DNA of 63,920 bases, filler included, from Aduncisulcus paluster (GCA_024181965.1; 21 parts of 21 records of this genome joined end to end with filler, not necessarily neighbours in it); one strand, 5' to 3'. Shown: positions 23,487 to 35,566, counted from the whole stretch's first letter. Numbers and translations are program-made. The notes: generated by a model from the letters alone, not told the origin.

Positions 23487-24824
23487 CCTTCTCTCATCTT
23501 TCGATCCCCTTCCAAGACAAGTGTTGTCCCAAAGGTGTGTACATCTGCTTCAAGCAGAACAAGAAGACTCCTGCATTCAGATTCGTGTTCACTCACTCTG
23601 ATGGGAAACAGACATTCATGAAGTGTGCCGTTGAAGACCTTGAGCACAAGCACGAATGGCACTTCTTCCCAATGGATCTGTCTGATGTCGTGTTGTGTGA
23701 GGTTGAGAGAAAATGGGTCCAGAACACCAATGTGCTCATCCACTTCGAGAGTATATTCTTTGTCGAAGAGCCACTCCCTTCCCCTTCTCCAAGCCCCCTT
23801 CTTGAGAGTGAAGAGGAATATCTGGGATCTGTTCGTCCATTGATCCTTGATTCAACTGTTTCTTCCACAGGTGCATTCTCTTATTCGACATCCAAATCCA
23901 TCTCCAAGAAATCTGGTGCCAATATGTCCTTGCCTGCGGGTTCGTCAGTCACTCCTCAATGCATCATTGGTCGTGGTGGGTTTGGAGAAGTCACTCTTGT
24001 TCGTGTTGATTTTAAGGATCCATCTATTCCTCCGGTGCAATGTGCCCTGAAATGCATCAAGAACCAGCAAGTTAGCGATGACAACAAACGATTCATCAAC
24101 ATGTTAAAGAAAGAGTTCTCCCGTCAGTGTCGTCTGTACTTGTTTGGATCTTTGAAGACTTGTGTGCCTCGTCCTTTGTACACCCTCGATCTTCTTGATG
24201 GTGACCTGAAGGGGACATTCGGGATTCTGATGGAGTTCTGTCGAGGTGGCAGTGTCATTGACTTTGCAAAGAGTTGGGCTCTTGACCTCAATGAATGCGA
24301 TCCATCCGAAGATGATGATGATGACCTTGTGTATGACCCTACGAAGATCGCTGCCCTGAGTGTGGATATCATTGAATGCATGTCCAATCTGTTCAAGGCG
24401 AAGAAGAAGCTCATCCATCGTGACATCAAGCCTGAGAACTTCCTTGTTCGTTTCACGTCTCCCGATGAATACTGTAAGGTTGTTCTTGGAGATCTTGGGT
24501 TTGTCGAGATCCATGATTCCATGTCACGTCAGAGTTCATTCCAGACGCTCAGATCAGATGATTCGTCCTCATCAGAAACTCCCAAGGATGGCTCTGATCC
24601 ACGTGGTCGTAGTCCTCGTTGTATTGTGGGCACTCTGTGTTACAATGCACCCGAGAGTCTTCAACATGGACGGTACTCTCAAGCCAGTGACACATGGGGA
24701 TGCATCCTGACGATATGGTCTTTGTTCAACAACATGGAACAACCATTCATGAGTCATCCACAAGTGACAAGTATCGATCCGTCTGATGAAGATTACAATG
24801 GGAAACTTATTATAAAACTGAAAG
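23487..24824 (+). CDS. Ser/Thr protein kinase fragment with an N-terminal lineage-specific domain; open at both ends
   Basis: IGRGGFGEV; ALK; ILMEFCRGGS; HRDIKPEN; DLG; GTLCYNAPE; SDTWG. Confidence 0.92.
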
Positions 24825-25124
24825 NNNNNNNNNNNNNNNNNNNNNNNNNNNNNNNNNNNNNNNNNNNNTTAATTAATTAANNNNNNNNNNNNNNNNNNNN
24901 NNNNNNNNNNNNNNNNNNNNNNNNGATCAGTAAATCTCTTCCTTATCGGTCCTATTCCTCCCACCTATGAGGGTTTCTTAAAATTCGAAAGTTAATTTTT
25001 TCCTTTTATCGGATAAAAACTCGAATATACTTTCCTTTATTTAATCTTTATATTTTCTATTAAAATGCTCTTCCATATGATTTAATTGCTTAATAAAGAT
25101 ATTTCAACCATATCTTTTGTGTTT

Positions 25125-25364
25125 TCATTCACCTAATTTTATATTTGCGAGCTTTTTATCTAGTTTTCCTTTCAAAGCCTTATTTTCCTTCAAATAAATA
25201 TCTAAAGCCTCGCAATCTTTAACCGTAGGAAAATATTCCCACGTATTATGTCCCTCGTCATAATCTCTCCATTTTACCAAGAATTTAAGTGGTAATTTGC
25301 CCCCGTGTCTATGTCTTAATATTTTTTCGACGGTATATTCCATTTCGTCTTTTGCATTGATCTC
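25125..25364 (-). mobile_element. Chromodomain C-terminus of a Ty3/Gypsy (chromovirus-like) integrase, truncated upstream
   Basis: EINAKDEMEYTVEKILRHR...FLVKWRDYDEGHNTWE; paralogous to the integrase tail at about 58670-58896 (ISAKDEEEFSVEKIL...FKVRWEGYGPEEDSW). Confidence 0.85.
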
Positions 25365-25494
25365 TGTAGTAGAATTGAACCCACGCAGCCAACATAGCTA
25401 GTGGCATCAATGACCAATTGAGCTATAATGTCAATAATGTATAATTTTTGTTTTTTATACGAATGGTATAACAGCGATCTTCCCCCTCCTTCTT
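25365..25494 (-). mobile_element. Putative PPT plus 109-bp LTR (25473 to 25365, TGTTA...CTACA) containing a tRNA-like A/B-box segment
   Basis: Minus strand AAGAAGGAGGGGGAAGA-tcgc-TGTTATACC...TAGCTCAATTGG...GGTTCAATTC-TACTACA, abutting the truncated integrase. Confidence 0.45.
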
Positions 25495-25972
25495 GAAGAG
25501 AAATAAAAGTGAAGAGACAACCTTAACAGGCGAATTCAAAACCAACAGTCTAATATATATCTATGATATCCAATATTTCGCAATAATTGCTTCTTAATAA
25601 CTTTTAAGAAATGCTCAGATTTTTCTCATCTAACAGAAGTAATAACATATAAAACACGAAGCTCCTTAGCTACAACCTTATCAGTGTAAATATAATCGAA
25701 AGCTTCCAACTACAACAATAAGTAGGAGTCAAACAAAAAAATTACGAATCGCATCAACGCTTCGATTAGAACAAATAAATAATATAATCTACACGCTAGC
25801 TACACTAGCTCCATGATTATCAAAGCAAAACTTTTTAAAACATCTAAGAGCAACCAAAACCCACATTTTGTTTCAGCTATAGGTCAGGTCAACCTTTGTG
25901 GTATACCTTCCTAGGGGTAATGTGATACAATTTACTTATGGGGAATCTGACCTACCACACCCTCCTCCTTCT

Positions 25973-26260
25973 AAGGGGGATGTCGCAATAAACTAACTAA
26001 ATCGTGGTATAACCTTCTGAGTGGCGAAAGTGAAGGAAAGAGAAGATAAGAAAACCTTCACAAAACCACTAGAGCATTTGGTTTCAACGGAGAGTGATTG
26101 GTACTATCTCCATGACAATCTAGTGCCTGGCCGGGATCGATGCAATTGCGGTTCTTCAGAGACTGATTGTTGACTAGCCCCTATAGCGCTGTCTCCGGTG
26201 GTTCTATGGTTAACCAATTCTCCTAGGGCATTCTCTGGAGCTGTGGTTGACTCTGCGACA
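25973..26260 (+). mobile_element. Putative PPT and 3' LTR starting at 25981 (end 26117 or 26260)
   Basis: AAGGGGGA immediately followed by TGTCGCA; candidate ends TGACA (26117) or TGCGACA (26260, perfect 7-bp inverted repeat). Confidence 0.35.
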
Positions 26261-26468
26261 TCGCCTGCTGTCATTGGATAGCACGCAGACGTTGAAGCTG
26301 CGGAGCTGGAGCTGTCATGAACTCGATGTTCGAGAATAGCGTAATGTTCTGACACAGTTGGGTCAGCTNNNNNNNNNNNNNNNNNNNNNNNNNNNNNNNN
26401 NNNNNNNNNNNNTTAATTAATTAANNNNNNNNNNNNNNNNNNNNNNNNNNNNNNNNNNNNNNNNNNNN

Positions 26469-28120
26469 GTTGTATTCAACAAAATACATAAACTACCAAT
26501 GGAAGAGAAAGAAAGCCGAATTAAATTATTCTGAATAATTTGAGGTAAATATCGAATAAAGGGAGATGATGCATTATTATTGGGCGAAGAAGTAAGACAA
26601 GATAACGTTCGCAGAGAGAGAGTAAGGAACATAATTATAGAATGCATTGATCTGATCCGCTTTAACCCAAGTAATCCATAATGACAGTAAGATTTCAATA
26701 AACATTCAAGAACAATCGAGAAATTCTTTATACAACTGCTAGTTATGGGTGGACTCTCTGAGATACCCGCAGGAGAAAGAAGAGGTTGGGAAGGGGGGTA
26801 GCTTGATGAGGAGAATGAGGAAGAAGATGCAGAAGAAGATGAAGCACCGACAGTTTGAGAAATTCTATTTTTAGCGATTACATGATTAAGATAGACCAGT
26901 GAGGCCAGAGTTAGATCGGTGATAACACCTCCAAATACAGCAATGGAGATGTTTGAATACTCATTGATATGATGCGCGCAAATATCTATAAATAAACATG
27001 CGCACTCACATAAATTACGGGTTGTAGAGTGTAAAAGAGAGGAGAAATCACCACCTTGACGAGCCAGAGTGAAACTATGCTCTGATATTGTGAGATTTTT
27101 GCTCATTCTTTGTAAAAATGAGCTTAAAGTTGGTAACATATCTTTAATCATAACAACCAAGGCTCTATTATGCTGTTGGTGTGTGGCAAAAGGTGAAGGA
27201 AACGTCTTATTCAAACGTTTGGGATGGATTCCTCGTTTTTGTTGTTGAGAAGATAAAGAAGAAGAGGAAGAAGAAGAGGAAGAAGAAGATAAAGAAGAAG
27301 GGTTTTTAGTGAGAATGGAATCTTCACGAGCAGCCTCATACACACAAGCAAATGCACAATCAGACAGCCATTTCTTCAATAGACCGAGACAACAATTACA
27401 TAGCACCCGTTGTAAAGGAATTCTCCCTGTCCTTGCACACCAAAAGCACAGTTCGAGACATTTCTCTATATCTTCCCTTGTAGGTGGCAGCAACAAAGAT
27501 GCTTTAACTTGACCTAACAACGCCAAACATTCAGATTCTGTGTGAGGAGAAAGAGAGGAGAAAGAACTGAACCCAGAGAATGGTGGAGAGAGAACATACA
27601 GTGTTGGCGGGAGAGAATATTCAGAGTAAGAAGAGGAGGAAGAGGAAAACAAATTAGTGGAAGTGGTCGTACCAACATGTCTTATACTACAAGTACTTCC
27701 GCTCGAATTAACCCCAATTTGTGAGGATGGTGGAGTTCCATGTCTTAGACCACTCATTTGAAGAATGCCGGAAGAAGCAATAGAAGAACCCGGGGAAGAA
27801 GAAGAAGAAGAGGAAGAAGAAGAGGAACTGGAAGCAGAGGAATCGGAGAGAATGGTGGATTTTGTTCTATTTTTAGAAACTTTCTCAGCGCTATCCTTCC
27901 ACATTTCTCTATATGTTTGGAGTAATTTCAGTGAATTGGAGACAACTTCCTTGCAACGGGACTTATTGGGACCTAAAAATAGAAACTTTTCATTACTGCG
28001 ATCATCATATACATCAGAAAACACACAAACTATGAATCTACGAACAGCTTCTCTCACGTTTGAAGAGGGGTGGAAGACCGCAAGTAACATTGAAGGGGAA
28101 GTGAGTGAGAACATTGTCTC
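26469..28120 (-). CDS. Internal fragment of a large helical, poly-Ser-containing hypothetical protein
   Basis: Frame open across the whole contig. Confidence 0.65.
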
Positions 28121-30323
28121 NNNNNNNNNNNNNNNNNNNNNNNNNNNNNNNNNNNNNNNNNNNNTTAATTAATTAANNNNNNNNNNNNNNNNNNNNNNNN
28201 NNNNNNNNNNNNNNNNNNNNTAAAGAAGCGAATCGGGTCAATAAAATTATGTCATTTGCTCTAGATGCGATTATTTAGTATGAAAATCGATCTTTTATCA
28301 TGTTTTATACTCTTATTCTCAGCAATAGATTATTCATTCAAGAACATGTAGAATACATTATATTCAGTTATTTGGAATCTAATATTTCAGTTAATAATGA
28401 GCATTAACAATTCATTTCGTGGTAATTACTTTTAATACTATTGTTGTACGTTACGAAAAAACCATGCTGCCCAGATGAAATATGTGATACTAAACATATT
28501 TCCCCTTTACCAAGACATTTTCTTAATAAAAAGAAATTAATATCTTAAATTTTTATTTTGTTTCTTTATAACACTTTTTGTTCGCTTAGTACAAATAATT
28601 ATCGTTTCTCATCCTATGATGGACCAATATGTGTTATTAATAAATAAATTTATTTTTTGAAATCTACTCCCGGAGTAGACCTCGAAAACGGTATCCATTT
28701 CCCTTAAATCGCAGGTCGGTGTTTTCAGTTCGCACAAGGGGGAACGGATCTATGCCAGCCGATGGTTTCTCATTGATTTAAGCATAATAAACTTTATTAA
28801 CGGTCTTTTTAGCGAAATCTGAAAACCTATTTTTTCCATTTAAAATGCATAATTCTGGAGATACAGTGATTATCTTTTAAATGGATAATATGAAATTTAT
28901 TGAGCTTATATTCTGCAGTAAAATCCTTTTTTAATGTTTATTCTTTTTTTAAAATTTTTATATCTTCATGTTAATCATATGATCTTGGAAAATAATGATC
29001 ATCACAAAATGGTCAGGATTGGGTCAGAATAAAACAGCATAAATCCGGAAAAGACCGATATATATCCCATTAAAATCCATGGGAGATGCTGATACTTAAA
29101 TTAAGAAATAATTTTTTTTTTATTTTACCCGATATATAAGAATTTTTCAAATGTCATCAAGGTCAGATATTAAAATGCATTTATTAAAAAAACAACAATA
29201 AAATCCTTTATAAAATCCAATATAAATAATAAATACGCTATAATAAAAAATTTTATTATAACAACCAAGGAGAAATCAGTCTTTTTCAAATTTCACCAAT
29301 GTCAGGGAAAAGGATTAGCAGAAGAAGAATAAATAATAAATTTAAGTATATTAGAAATATTTATTAATAATATGTTTTATAATATCCGTCTGACTTCTTA
29401 ATTCCAGATCTTATTTCTGATCTCTTAACATGAGCATATTATCAATAACTCATGCACAAAAATAAATTATAAACTATTTATTATACCTTTAATCTTAATT
29501 TACATTCTAACATTTCCCACATTAACCTTTCGGTGTGAATCTCACAATTGCGGGCTTTGGTTTTGGGCACACTATTATATGAAAAAGCAGTTCCCCTGGG
29601 TCTGATCAACCCGGGGGAGCGTAAGACTTATATTTTATTATATTTTACCTGTTTTCTGCCCCCTCGCTGCTTCCTCCCTTGTTGTCCCCCCTTAACTCTC
29701 TCATATCCCAAAAAAAGGGGGGGACTCCAACGATTTTGTTTTATTTCTTTGTTTTTCATTTTATATTATTATAATTTAAGTTAAATATAGTGAAGAGAGT
29801 CAAGGAAAGGCAGAAGGCAGCTGGAGATCAATTTCGGACCAAAATTGATCCAGATATTAAGACCAATAAATTCATCCCAAATATTGGATCAATTTATGGT
29901 CTGATATGGAAGACCATAATATTGGTCTAAAATAACAGATCATTTTTTTACTCCCATATATCAGACCAATTAATCGGCAAATTGGTCTACTCAGATCATT
30001 TTCAGACGAAAATTTCCCACCATGTATCAAAGATTGAGAAAAATTAGAACATCACCACAATGGTATTATTGTGGTAATACCTTAAAGTAATACAATGTAG
30101 TACATTATCTTTTGTGTTANNNNNNNNNNNNNNNNNNNNNNNNNNNNNNNNNNNNNNNNNNNNTTAATTAATTAANNNNNNNNNNNNNNNNNNNNNNNNN
30201 NNNNNNNNNNNNNNNNNNNTAAAATCAATTTAATTTTAATTTTATTTCATTTAAAATTGTATTTTACCGTATTTTATGTCTCCAATATCGAGAAATATTG
30301 AGATATGCTGCATTTGATTATAT

Positions 30324-30992
30324 TTATTCGGCTGGGACCTCCTTCTTATCTTCAACAACTGGTTCTTTCTCCTCTACGACTGGTTCTTTCTCCTCCACGA
30401 CTGGTTCTTTCTCAGCTTCTTTCTTCTCTCCACCCTCAACTTGTTCAGCCTGCTCAGTCTCCTTTGGTTCATCTTTCTTCTCTTCAACTTCCTTTGTTTC
30501 GGCAGTTTCTTCGAGAGCCTTGGTTATTTTGATCATACTTTCACGACCTTCCTCATAAATAGTTGAAAACTTCTCGAAATCAGCCTCGGTTTTGAAACGA
30601 AGAGCGAACAAAGTCAACTTACTGACCTCATCACTGAAATCGTTGCAAGAAACGACCCAAGTATATTTCTGTGTGGGGTTCTTGGATAATTTACCTTCTG
30701 GGTGGATGTAAAAGGAAGCACAAATCTTCAAGGTTTGCTCTCTACGGGCGACAATTCTATAATACCCTTCTTCATTCTTTAATATCACTAATTCACCAGT
30801 TCCACGTTCTTTCCACTCATTATCGACTTCATTGTCAAATCTATAGAGCTTGGATACCCTTAAATTGTAATTTAAGATCAAAATAAAATTGATTGGATGT
30901 AAATAAACACAAATACAAAAAGATGGATGGGAAAAAAATAATAAAACATAAAAACATGAAACATACGATTGGAAGACAACTTCTTCAGCCAT
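30324..30992 (-). CDS. RANBP1: Ran-binding protein 1; exons 30992-30967 and 30858-30324
   Basis: Spliced product MAEEVVFQSVSKLYRF...EWKERGTG...RIVARREQTLKICA...FALRFKT; intron 30966-30859 GTATGT...AAG; acidic tail with EEKEPVV repeats. Confidence 0.92.
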   Translation of the reverse strand: MAEEVVFQSYVSCFYVLLFFSHPSFCICVYLHPINFILILNYNLRVSKLYRFDNEVDNEWKERGTGELVILKNEEGYYRIVARREQTLKICASFYIHPEGKLSKNPTQKYTWVVSCNDFSDEVSKLTLFALRFKTEADFEKFSTIYEEGRESMIKITKALEETAETKEVEEKKDEPKETEQAEQVEGGEKKEAEKEPVVEEKEPVVEEKEPVVEDKKEVPAE

Positions 30993-31181
30993 TACCGCGG
31001 TCAAAACGACTCTAGTTGGACAAAAGGAGGAGATAAAGGGGACGGAGCAAGGTGAACAACTATATTCCACATTAAAAAAATTGTATATGTTCCAAAAGAA
31101 TTTTTAGTTCATTTAAACTGAATTTATGTCTTTACAAGAAGAGATTCACTGGGATGGAATAATGTGTTTTTATTTTGACAC

Positions 31182-31890
31182 ATGGGTAAAAAAGCACTTC
31201 TAATTATTGATGTGCAGTATGATTTTCTTCCAGGAGGCAGTTTAGTATGTCGTTACTGAATTCTATTTGAGCTTGAGGAGCACTCGTGTTCTAGTTAACA
31301 TCATTTGACTTTTTATTTTGAAATATTGTTATTTGTTATAGGCTGTTACTGGAGGAGATAAAATTATTCCTTTTATCAACGAACTTCGTAAACATCCAAT
31401 GTATGATGTTGTTGTAGTTTCTCAGGATTATCATCCCAAAAACCACATTTCCTTCGCTTCTACCCATAAAAAAGACCCATTCACGATGCTTAAAGTGTCT
31501 TACGGAGATCAGATGATGTGGCCCGATCATTGTGTTCAAGGGACCTCTGGTTGTGATATCTGCGAAAAGCTTGATGTTAAGGATTCTGACCTGAAGGCTT
31601 TCAAGGGGATGCGACCTGAATACGACTCTTATTCTTGCTTCTTCGATGCCAGCAAACTCGACACAGGTCTTGCCGGGAAGCTGAAATCTCTTGGTGTCAC
31701 CGATATCGATTGTGTTGGACTTGCTTACGATTATTGTGTTAGTGCCACAGCCAAGGATGGTGTTGAATGTGGGTTCAAAGTCCAAGTCATCCTCCCAGGA
31801 ACCGCTGCTATTGATTCGACTCCTGAAGGTATGGCGAAAACAAAGAAAGATTTGGAAGACAACAATGTAAGTGTTGTAGATAAGTTATAG
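31182..31890 (+). CDS. pncA: Nicotinamidase/pyrazinamidase (isochorismatase family); exons 31182-31244 and 31342-31890, 203 aa
   Basis: ALLIIDVQYDFLPGGSL|AV; QDYHP; WPDHCVQGT; KG...DSYSCF; VGLAYDYCV; intron 31245-31341 GTATGT...TAG restores the frame. Confidence 0.94.
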
Positions 31891-32582
31891 ATAAGTTCTT
31901 CTTAATTGAAAAGCAAAATAAATTTTAGGATATCGATAGGAAACCCCGGAAAACTTTAAGGTGTTTGGGAAGCACTTTAATCAATTTTTTTATATTTTCT
32001 TCCAATAAATATAATAATTAATAATATTTTATATTAGCTTTTGAAATATTATTGAACTCAATCTGAAAAATATGAAAACATGCCATTTTCTGTAAAATGA
32101 TGCCATCATTGCATGCAGCAGATGCTCAAGAAAAACTTAGAACATTGACAAATACCATATTGAAATTAAAAACAATGGTATCTAGCCTAAAATTGGCCTA
32201 TGATGAAGCCATAAATGACAACACGAGATTAAATAATTTACTGCAGAAAAAACTTTTAGTAGCCCATAACAAAGGAGAAAAATCGGAAGAAAAATGCGTT
32301 ATACATTAATTCTGCTCCTATTCTGCTCTCTCCCATCGAAAAGTCACTATTCGGTGCCGTTGGGTTTAGTGGGCGGCCTCCATGCGTTAACTCTGATCTT
32401 CACGACGATATCAATGCGTAGAAACTGAATATCAAGACATCTGTGACCATAAAACCCCAATCCTCATTAGCCAGCAACAACGGTTTATCCCTGTCATATC
32501 CGCTATACTATTCCTGATGATGGAATAATGGCGGTTACATTGAGTACAACGAATAATTTGTATATCATCACGGGGGTCAAGG

Positions 32583-33309
32583 ATGATTCCCGTTGCTAAT
32601 GCATTGTTGGAATGTAGCTTGACATACATAAGCTCATTTCCAGTTTCTTCTTTCCTCACATCTTCCTCATATGGCTTCAGCGACTCTAATGCATGGGAAG
32701 TTGTTAGTACAGGGGAGATTTATGATGCCCGATCTATTCACCTCAATAGAGACGGCGTTGGTGTGACAATCGTTGGGAGCAAAGTGTATTCTGTAGTTCT
32801 GTATTTGACTGGTGAACACATGGATATTTGACTGGTGAACACATGGATATTTGACTGGTGAACACATGGATATTTGACTGGTGAACACATGGATATGACA
32901 TCTTTAAGCAGCACTTCCGATGATCCCGTCATCAAAATACAGCAAGAACCACTCTCAAATGTCCCTGTCGTAGAGAGTGTTCGGTATAGAGAAGGTGGGG
33001 GAGGAAGTTATGGTGGGTTGGAACTCACTTCTTCTCTTCAAATTAGTATCAAACAGGAAGGAGATATGTTCTTGGGTTCATATTCAGACGACGGAAAGGC
33101 TATTCTTATCGGATATGTTCATCCCGAGGTGTACTCTTCGCTCCTTCCCGATGATGAGATTGTCGAACCCTCAAATGGTAGTATGACACTTGTTCCATAC
33201 ATTTCCATCGAATCTGAGCATGGCATTGTCAAGATGTTACGTGTACCTTCTGATTCTATAAGTTGGAATTATTTATACTCGGATGCTGAATCTACTGGCA
33301 AACCTGGGT
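32583..33309 (+). pseudogene. Hypothetical gene interrupted by a 23-bp repeat expansion; 3'-partial
   Basis: ORFs 32583-32831 and 32874-end are in the same frame and join if only one repeat unit is present. Confidence 0.5.
32802..32893. repeat. Four perfect copies of the 23-mer TATTTGACTGGTGAACACATGGA
   Basis: Units start at 32802, 32825, 32848 and 32871. Confidence 0.97.
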
Positions 33310-33409
33310 NNNNNNNNNNNNNNNNNNNNNNNNNNNNNNNNNNNNNNNNNNNNTTAATTAATTAANNNNNNNNNNNNNNNNNNNNNNNNNNNNNNNNNNN
33401 NNNNNNNNN

Positions 33410-34816
33410 CTTGATCCCTCCGATAGCACTGGCGAGACATGTATCGTTGATGCTGGCGTGACTGTCGACAACACTGTGCGCTGTCAAGTGTGTTCATTGA
33501 AAGCAAACATGCATGCCGTCGTTGAGTCCGGGTCTTCTTCTGTGACATGTGGGTGCTCGCTCGGATGGTATGGAGAAGCGTGTGAGTCTGACGTGTGTTC
33601 GTCCGATTCCCAATGCAGAGACAATGAGACGTGCGATGGGTCCGGAGAGTGTGTGTGTGCGGACGATTGGTACATGTCTCCCCTTGGGTATTGCATCTAC
33701 GACTCGACCGGTGCGTGTTCTGGGTGTGGTTCCACAGGTAGCTATGGAACGTGTGAGTTTGTGACGTCCGACACTGAGATGTCATGTGAGTGTGAGGACG
33801 ATTGGTATGGAATAAGTTGTTATAGTGGATGTCCTATTATTGATGATATTATTTGTTCGAACCATGGATCTTGCAACGATTCCGAGCACATCTGCGAGTG
33901 TGACTCTGGCTATATTGGTGATGCATGCTCGACTCTGGTTGTGACGTACTCATCTGATTGTGCGCGTTCCTTCACCATCGAAGATCACATGACATGTCAA
34001 GAAGTGTCCTCCGGGCGTTATGCTGCGGAGTGTGATGATGGGTACTATTATGACGAGGCGTCCTATTCGTGTGTGTAAGATACCTTATCTCAGTGTTCGT
34101 CGTACATTGATGGTCACCGCATGTGTGTTCTTCCCGATGATGGATCGACCGCTCCTTCCCTCGGGTGTCGATCTGTGTGGTATGGAGACGAGTGTGATGA
34201 CATGTATTCCGTGCATCTCGCTGATCTTGCTCTTCGAAAAGAAGTGTGTTCTCTGCTAACATCCGGTGATGGGTTGTGTGATGTATCTGCCTTTGACTTT
34301 GCAGCTACCTCATTTGACTTATCTATCAATGATGCAGCTGACATCACGTCGCTTATTGGTCTGTCCGATTGCTTGAATGTGTCTTCTGTGTCGTTGTCAT
34401 CTCTCAGTGTGACATCCGTGTCTGTGCTCACATCTCTGCGGCAAGTTGTGGCCATGTCTTTGATAGCCCTTGATACTCGTACATCAATGATAGACTCGAC
34501 AGCAATTCTATCCTTGTCCCCACTGCAATCCTTGTCCCGTCTTCAGACCGTATCTGTGTATGACAACAAGCATCTATTCGACGTGTCTGTGCTGTACAGA
34601 AACATCTCACTTTCTGCGCTGTATATTTCGGACACGGAGACGGGCGAGTACATTCCCTTGTGTCGATCCGAGGATGATGAGACCTATTGGACATATATTT
34701 CCACGGTGTATCCTGTGCATGAGTCGGATTCGTCTTTGAAGGCCCGTCAGTTCCTTGCCACGTCATGTCCGTTGAATTCATATGGAACCTTTTCATGTGA
34801 TGTTACGGAGTCCTTG
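33410..34816 (+). pseudogene. EGF/Cys-rich + LRR surface-protein family fragment with an in-frame TAA at 34076-34078
   Basis: EGF-like CSNHGSC...CECDSGYIGDAC; both ORFs share one frame; aligns without gaps to the paralogue at 45713-47931, where the stop position is Glu. Confidence 0.75.
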
Positions 34817-34916
34817 NNNNNNNNNNNNNNNNNNNNNNNNNNNNNNNNNNNNNNNNNNNNTTAATTAATTAANNNNNNNNNNNNNNNNNNNNNNNNNNNN
34901 NNNNNNNNNNNNNNNN

Positions 34917-35389
34917 AAAGATCTCCAGGACATTGTAGGGGAGCAGAACCTAGCCTTGTCTTTAGGATCTGACACTGAAGCCAAACATCCCAATGTCCGA
35001 TCAATCCATTTCCGTGACTGAATAACCTGCCTTCTTGATCCGTCCTTTTGACTCGCTTTCTTCTTTCTGTATCTCTCCGATTCCGAATCGGACGCTCTCC
35101 TCTTACCAATACCACTCGTCAACGAACTCGAATCCAAAATCTGAGGCAAATCGTGTCTGTGTATATTGTCAGCCACCCTGCTCACCTCCTCAGATTCTTC
35201 ATCCTCAATGTTATCACTGACAAATGGAATTAGCTCATCTTCCGATGAGTCTTCCACAATGACAACTCTGCCACCCTGACTCCGGATAAGACGTTTTCTA
35301 TTCCTTTCAGCAGCTTCTTGTTCCTTCATCTTTGTCATTTCATCATGGCTTACTTTCCCCCTATTAATGATTTTACCTTTTCTATACAT
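34917..35389 (-). CDS. Hypothetical charged protein, 3'-partial
   Basis: ATG 35389, open to the contig edge. Confidence 0.4.
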
Positions 35390-35451
35390 TTCTTCCGAGC
35401 TTCCTTTTTGGCAAGAGGGAACACTGAATCGACTTTTGAACAGGAAGTTCT

Positions 35452-35566
35452 ATACAGTTTGGTATAGTTGCGTATAGTTACCGTATAGATACCCACCGTA
35501 TAGTTACCGTATAGTTTGGTATAGAATCCGTATAGTTAGGTAATATATACGTTTCCCATGGTATAG
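35452..35566. repeat. Degenerate array of GTATAG (CTATAC) cores, mostly spaced about 10-15 bp
   Basis: GGTATAGTTGCGTATAGTTACCGTATAGATACCCACCGTATAGTTACCGTATAGTTTGGTATAGAATCCGTATAG... Confidence 0.85.

Noticed and set aside
25365..25432. Functional tRNA-Ala gene
   Set aside because: No 3' acceptor strand, and the D and T stems are largely unpaired; kept only as a tRNA-like promoter.
29595..29655. Hammerhead (CTGATCA) or U1 snRNA (TTACCTG) match
   Set aside because: The cores deviate from CTGANGA and ACTTACCTG, and the other required elements are absent.
30993..31070. Long hydrophobic N-terminal extension of RanBP1 in the ORF track
   Set aside because: Produced by a non-ATG start plus read-through of a stop-free intron.
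32802..32893. 23-bp repeats as a CRISPR array
   Set aside because: No spacers, eukaryotic context, no cas genes.
34076..34078. TAA reassigned to Gln/Glu as in hexamitid diplomonads, or a 19-nt GTAAG…CAG intron
   Set aside because: RanBP1 and the lipase end in TAA, XPB and nicotinamidase end in TAG, and long genes lack internal TAR codons. The mini-intron would shift the frame and delete residues present in the paralogue.
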